A DNA stretch of 64,000 nt, taken from Octopus bimaculoides. Its lineage: Eukaryota. Shown here one piece after another: positions 62,680 to 64,000 of this stretch. The notes under the pieces are model-generated. The model ran no database searches, was not told the DNA's origin, and worked only from the letters and a program-made list of their open reading frames with translations. Within the stretch, counting starts at the first letter, position 1. Each line of letters begins with the position of its first letter. The stretch spans positions 36,563,289-36,627,288 of the forward strand of contig NC_068998.1 in the NCBI RefSeq assembly GCF_001194135.2. Reading direction: 5' to 3'. Position numbers and translations under genes: made by a program.

Positions 62680-63596
62680 TTTTACCAAGCCCTTCGGTAT
62701 GTAAACACCATTATCAGTGGAGAACTTATTTAAAAGTTCTTATACATTTATAAACATAATTAAAGGATCAGAAAACATTTGCTTCACCACATACCGAAGT
62801 TCAGAAATAGCAGCTAAAAAAGCTGAGACTCCAACAGATAGCATTACTTGTAATTCACAAAGGCAAAAACAAGAAGAAAAAACAACGAAAACTAACCATT
62901 CCGAAGTTAATCATAGACGCGTTTCTGGATTATGAGCGATAATACTCAATTTCCTTGATCGGTNNNNNNNNNNNNNNNNNNNNNNNNNNNNNNNNNNNNN
63001 NNNNNNNNNNNNNNNNNNNNNNNNNNNNNNNNNNNNNNNNNNNNNNNNNNNNNNNNNNNNNNNNNNNNNNNNNNNNNNNNNNNNNNNNNNNNNNNNNNNN
63101 NNNNNNNNNNNNNNNNNNNNNNNNNNNNNNNNNNNNNNNNNNNNNNNNNNNNNNNNNNNNNNNNNNNNNNNNNNNNNNNNNNNNNNNNNNNNNNNNNNNN
63201 NNNNNNNNNNNNNNNNNNNNNNNNNNNNNNNNNNNNNNNNNNNNNNNNNNNNNNNNNNNNNNNNNNNNNNNNNNNNNNNNNNNNNNNNNNNNNNNNNNNN
63301 NNNNNNNNNNNNNNNNNNNNNNNNNNNNNNNNNNNNNNNNNNNNNNNNNNNNNNNNNNNNNNNNNNNNNNNNNNNNNNNNNNNNNNNNNNNNNNNNNNNN
63401 NNNNNNNNNNNNNNNNNNNNNNNNNNNNNNNNNNNNNNNNNNNNNNNNNNNNNNNNNNNNNNNNNNNNNNNNNNNNNNNNNNNNNNNNNNNNNNNNNNNN
63501 NNNNNNNNNNNNNNNNNNNNNNNNNNNNCTGCTATTTCTGAACTTCGGTATGTGGTGAAGCAAATGTTTGCTGATCCCTTAATTATGTGTATAAAT
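62680..63596. mobile_element. Fold-back PLE-type termini spanning the last gap
   Basis: 62747-62813 is the reverse complement of 63529-63596; hammerhead-like fragments on minus at 62685-62720 and 62911-62963. Confidence 0.55.
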
Positions 63597-64000
63597 ATAT
63601 ATCTGTATATGTATGTGTATGTAGTATACATATATGTCTGTGTTTGTTCGTGCGTGCGTTAAGCATATATAATAGATGTCCACATGCATGCATACATACA
63701 TACATACATACATACATACATACATACATGCATACATACATACATACATACATACATGCATACATACATACATACATACATACATACATACATACATACA
63801 TACATACATACATACATAGTGCTTACATATATACAATGCAGCCAGATTATCGTTTCATTTACAATCATTTCCAGCGTGATCTTTTTTCAGCGCTGATGTA
63901 TTTCAGCTCTTGTGGCCTGCGCAGTTTTATGGCCATGTTGTATAATCAAATCCAATGTCTTTGCTAGGAATGACAGCTAGCCAAATTGCTGAGAATTGAT

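Overview
This is AT-rich, microsatellite-dense eukaryotic DNA with seven N gaps. The repeat content (multiple tRNA-derived SINE families, Penelope-like elements, Tc1/mariner, R4/Dong-like LINEs) looks to me like a coleoid cephalopod, probably Octopus; that assignment is recognition from memory, not a database result. I cannot identify any host protein-coding gene, only a few weak exon candidates, so the window is probably intronic or intergenic. Almost all listed ORFs are translated microsatellites or decayed transposons. The main unexplained structure is a dense set of minimal type I hammerhead-ribozyme motifs: about ten well-formed ones plus several decayed ones, from many unrelated Penelope-like (PLE) termini. 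Most carry a palindromic stem III that differs between families, and several carry a different substitution in the catalytic core (U4C, C3U, U3-A8, A6U). At least four loci are head-to-head inverted pairs that would fold into long dsRNA. All alignments and folds were done by eye; coordinates of decayed elements are approximate.
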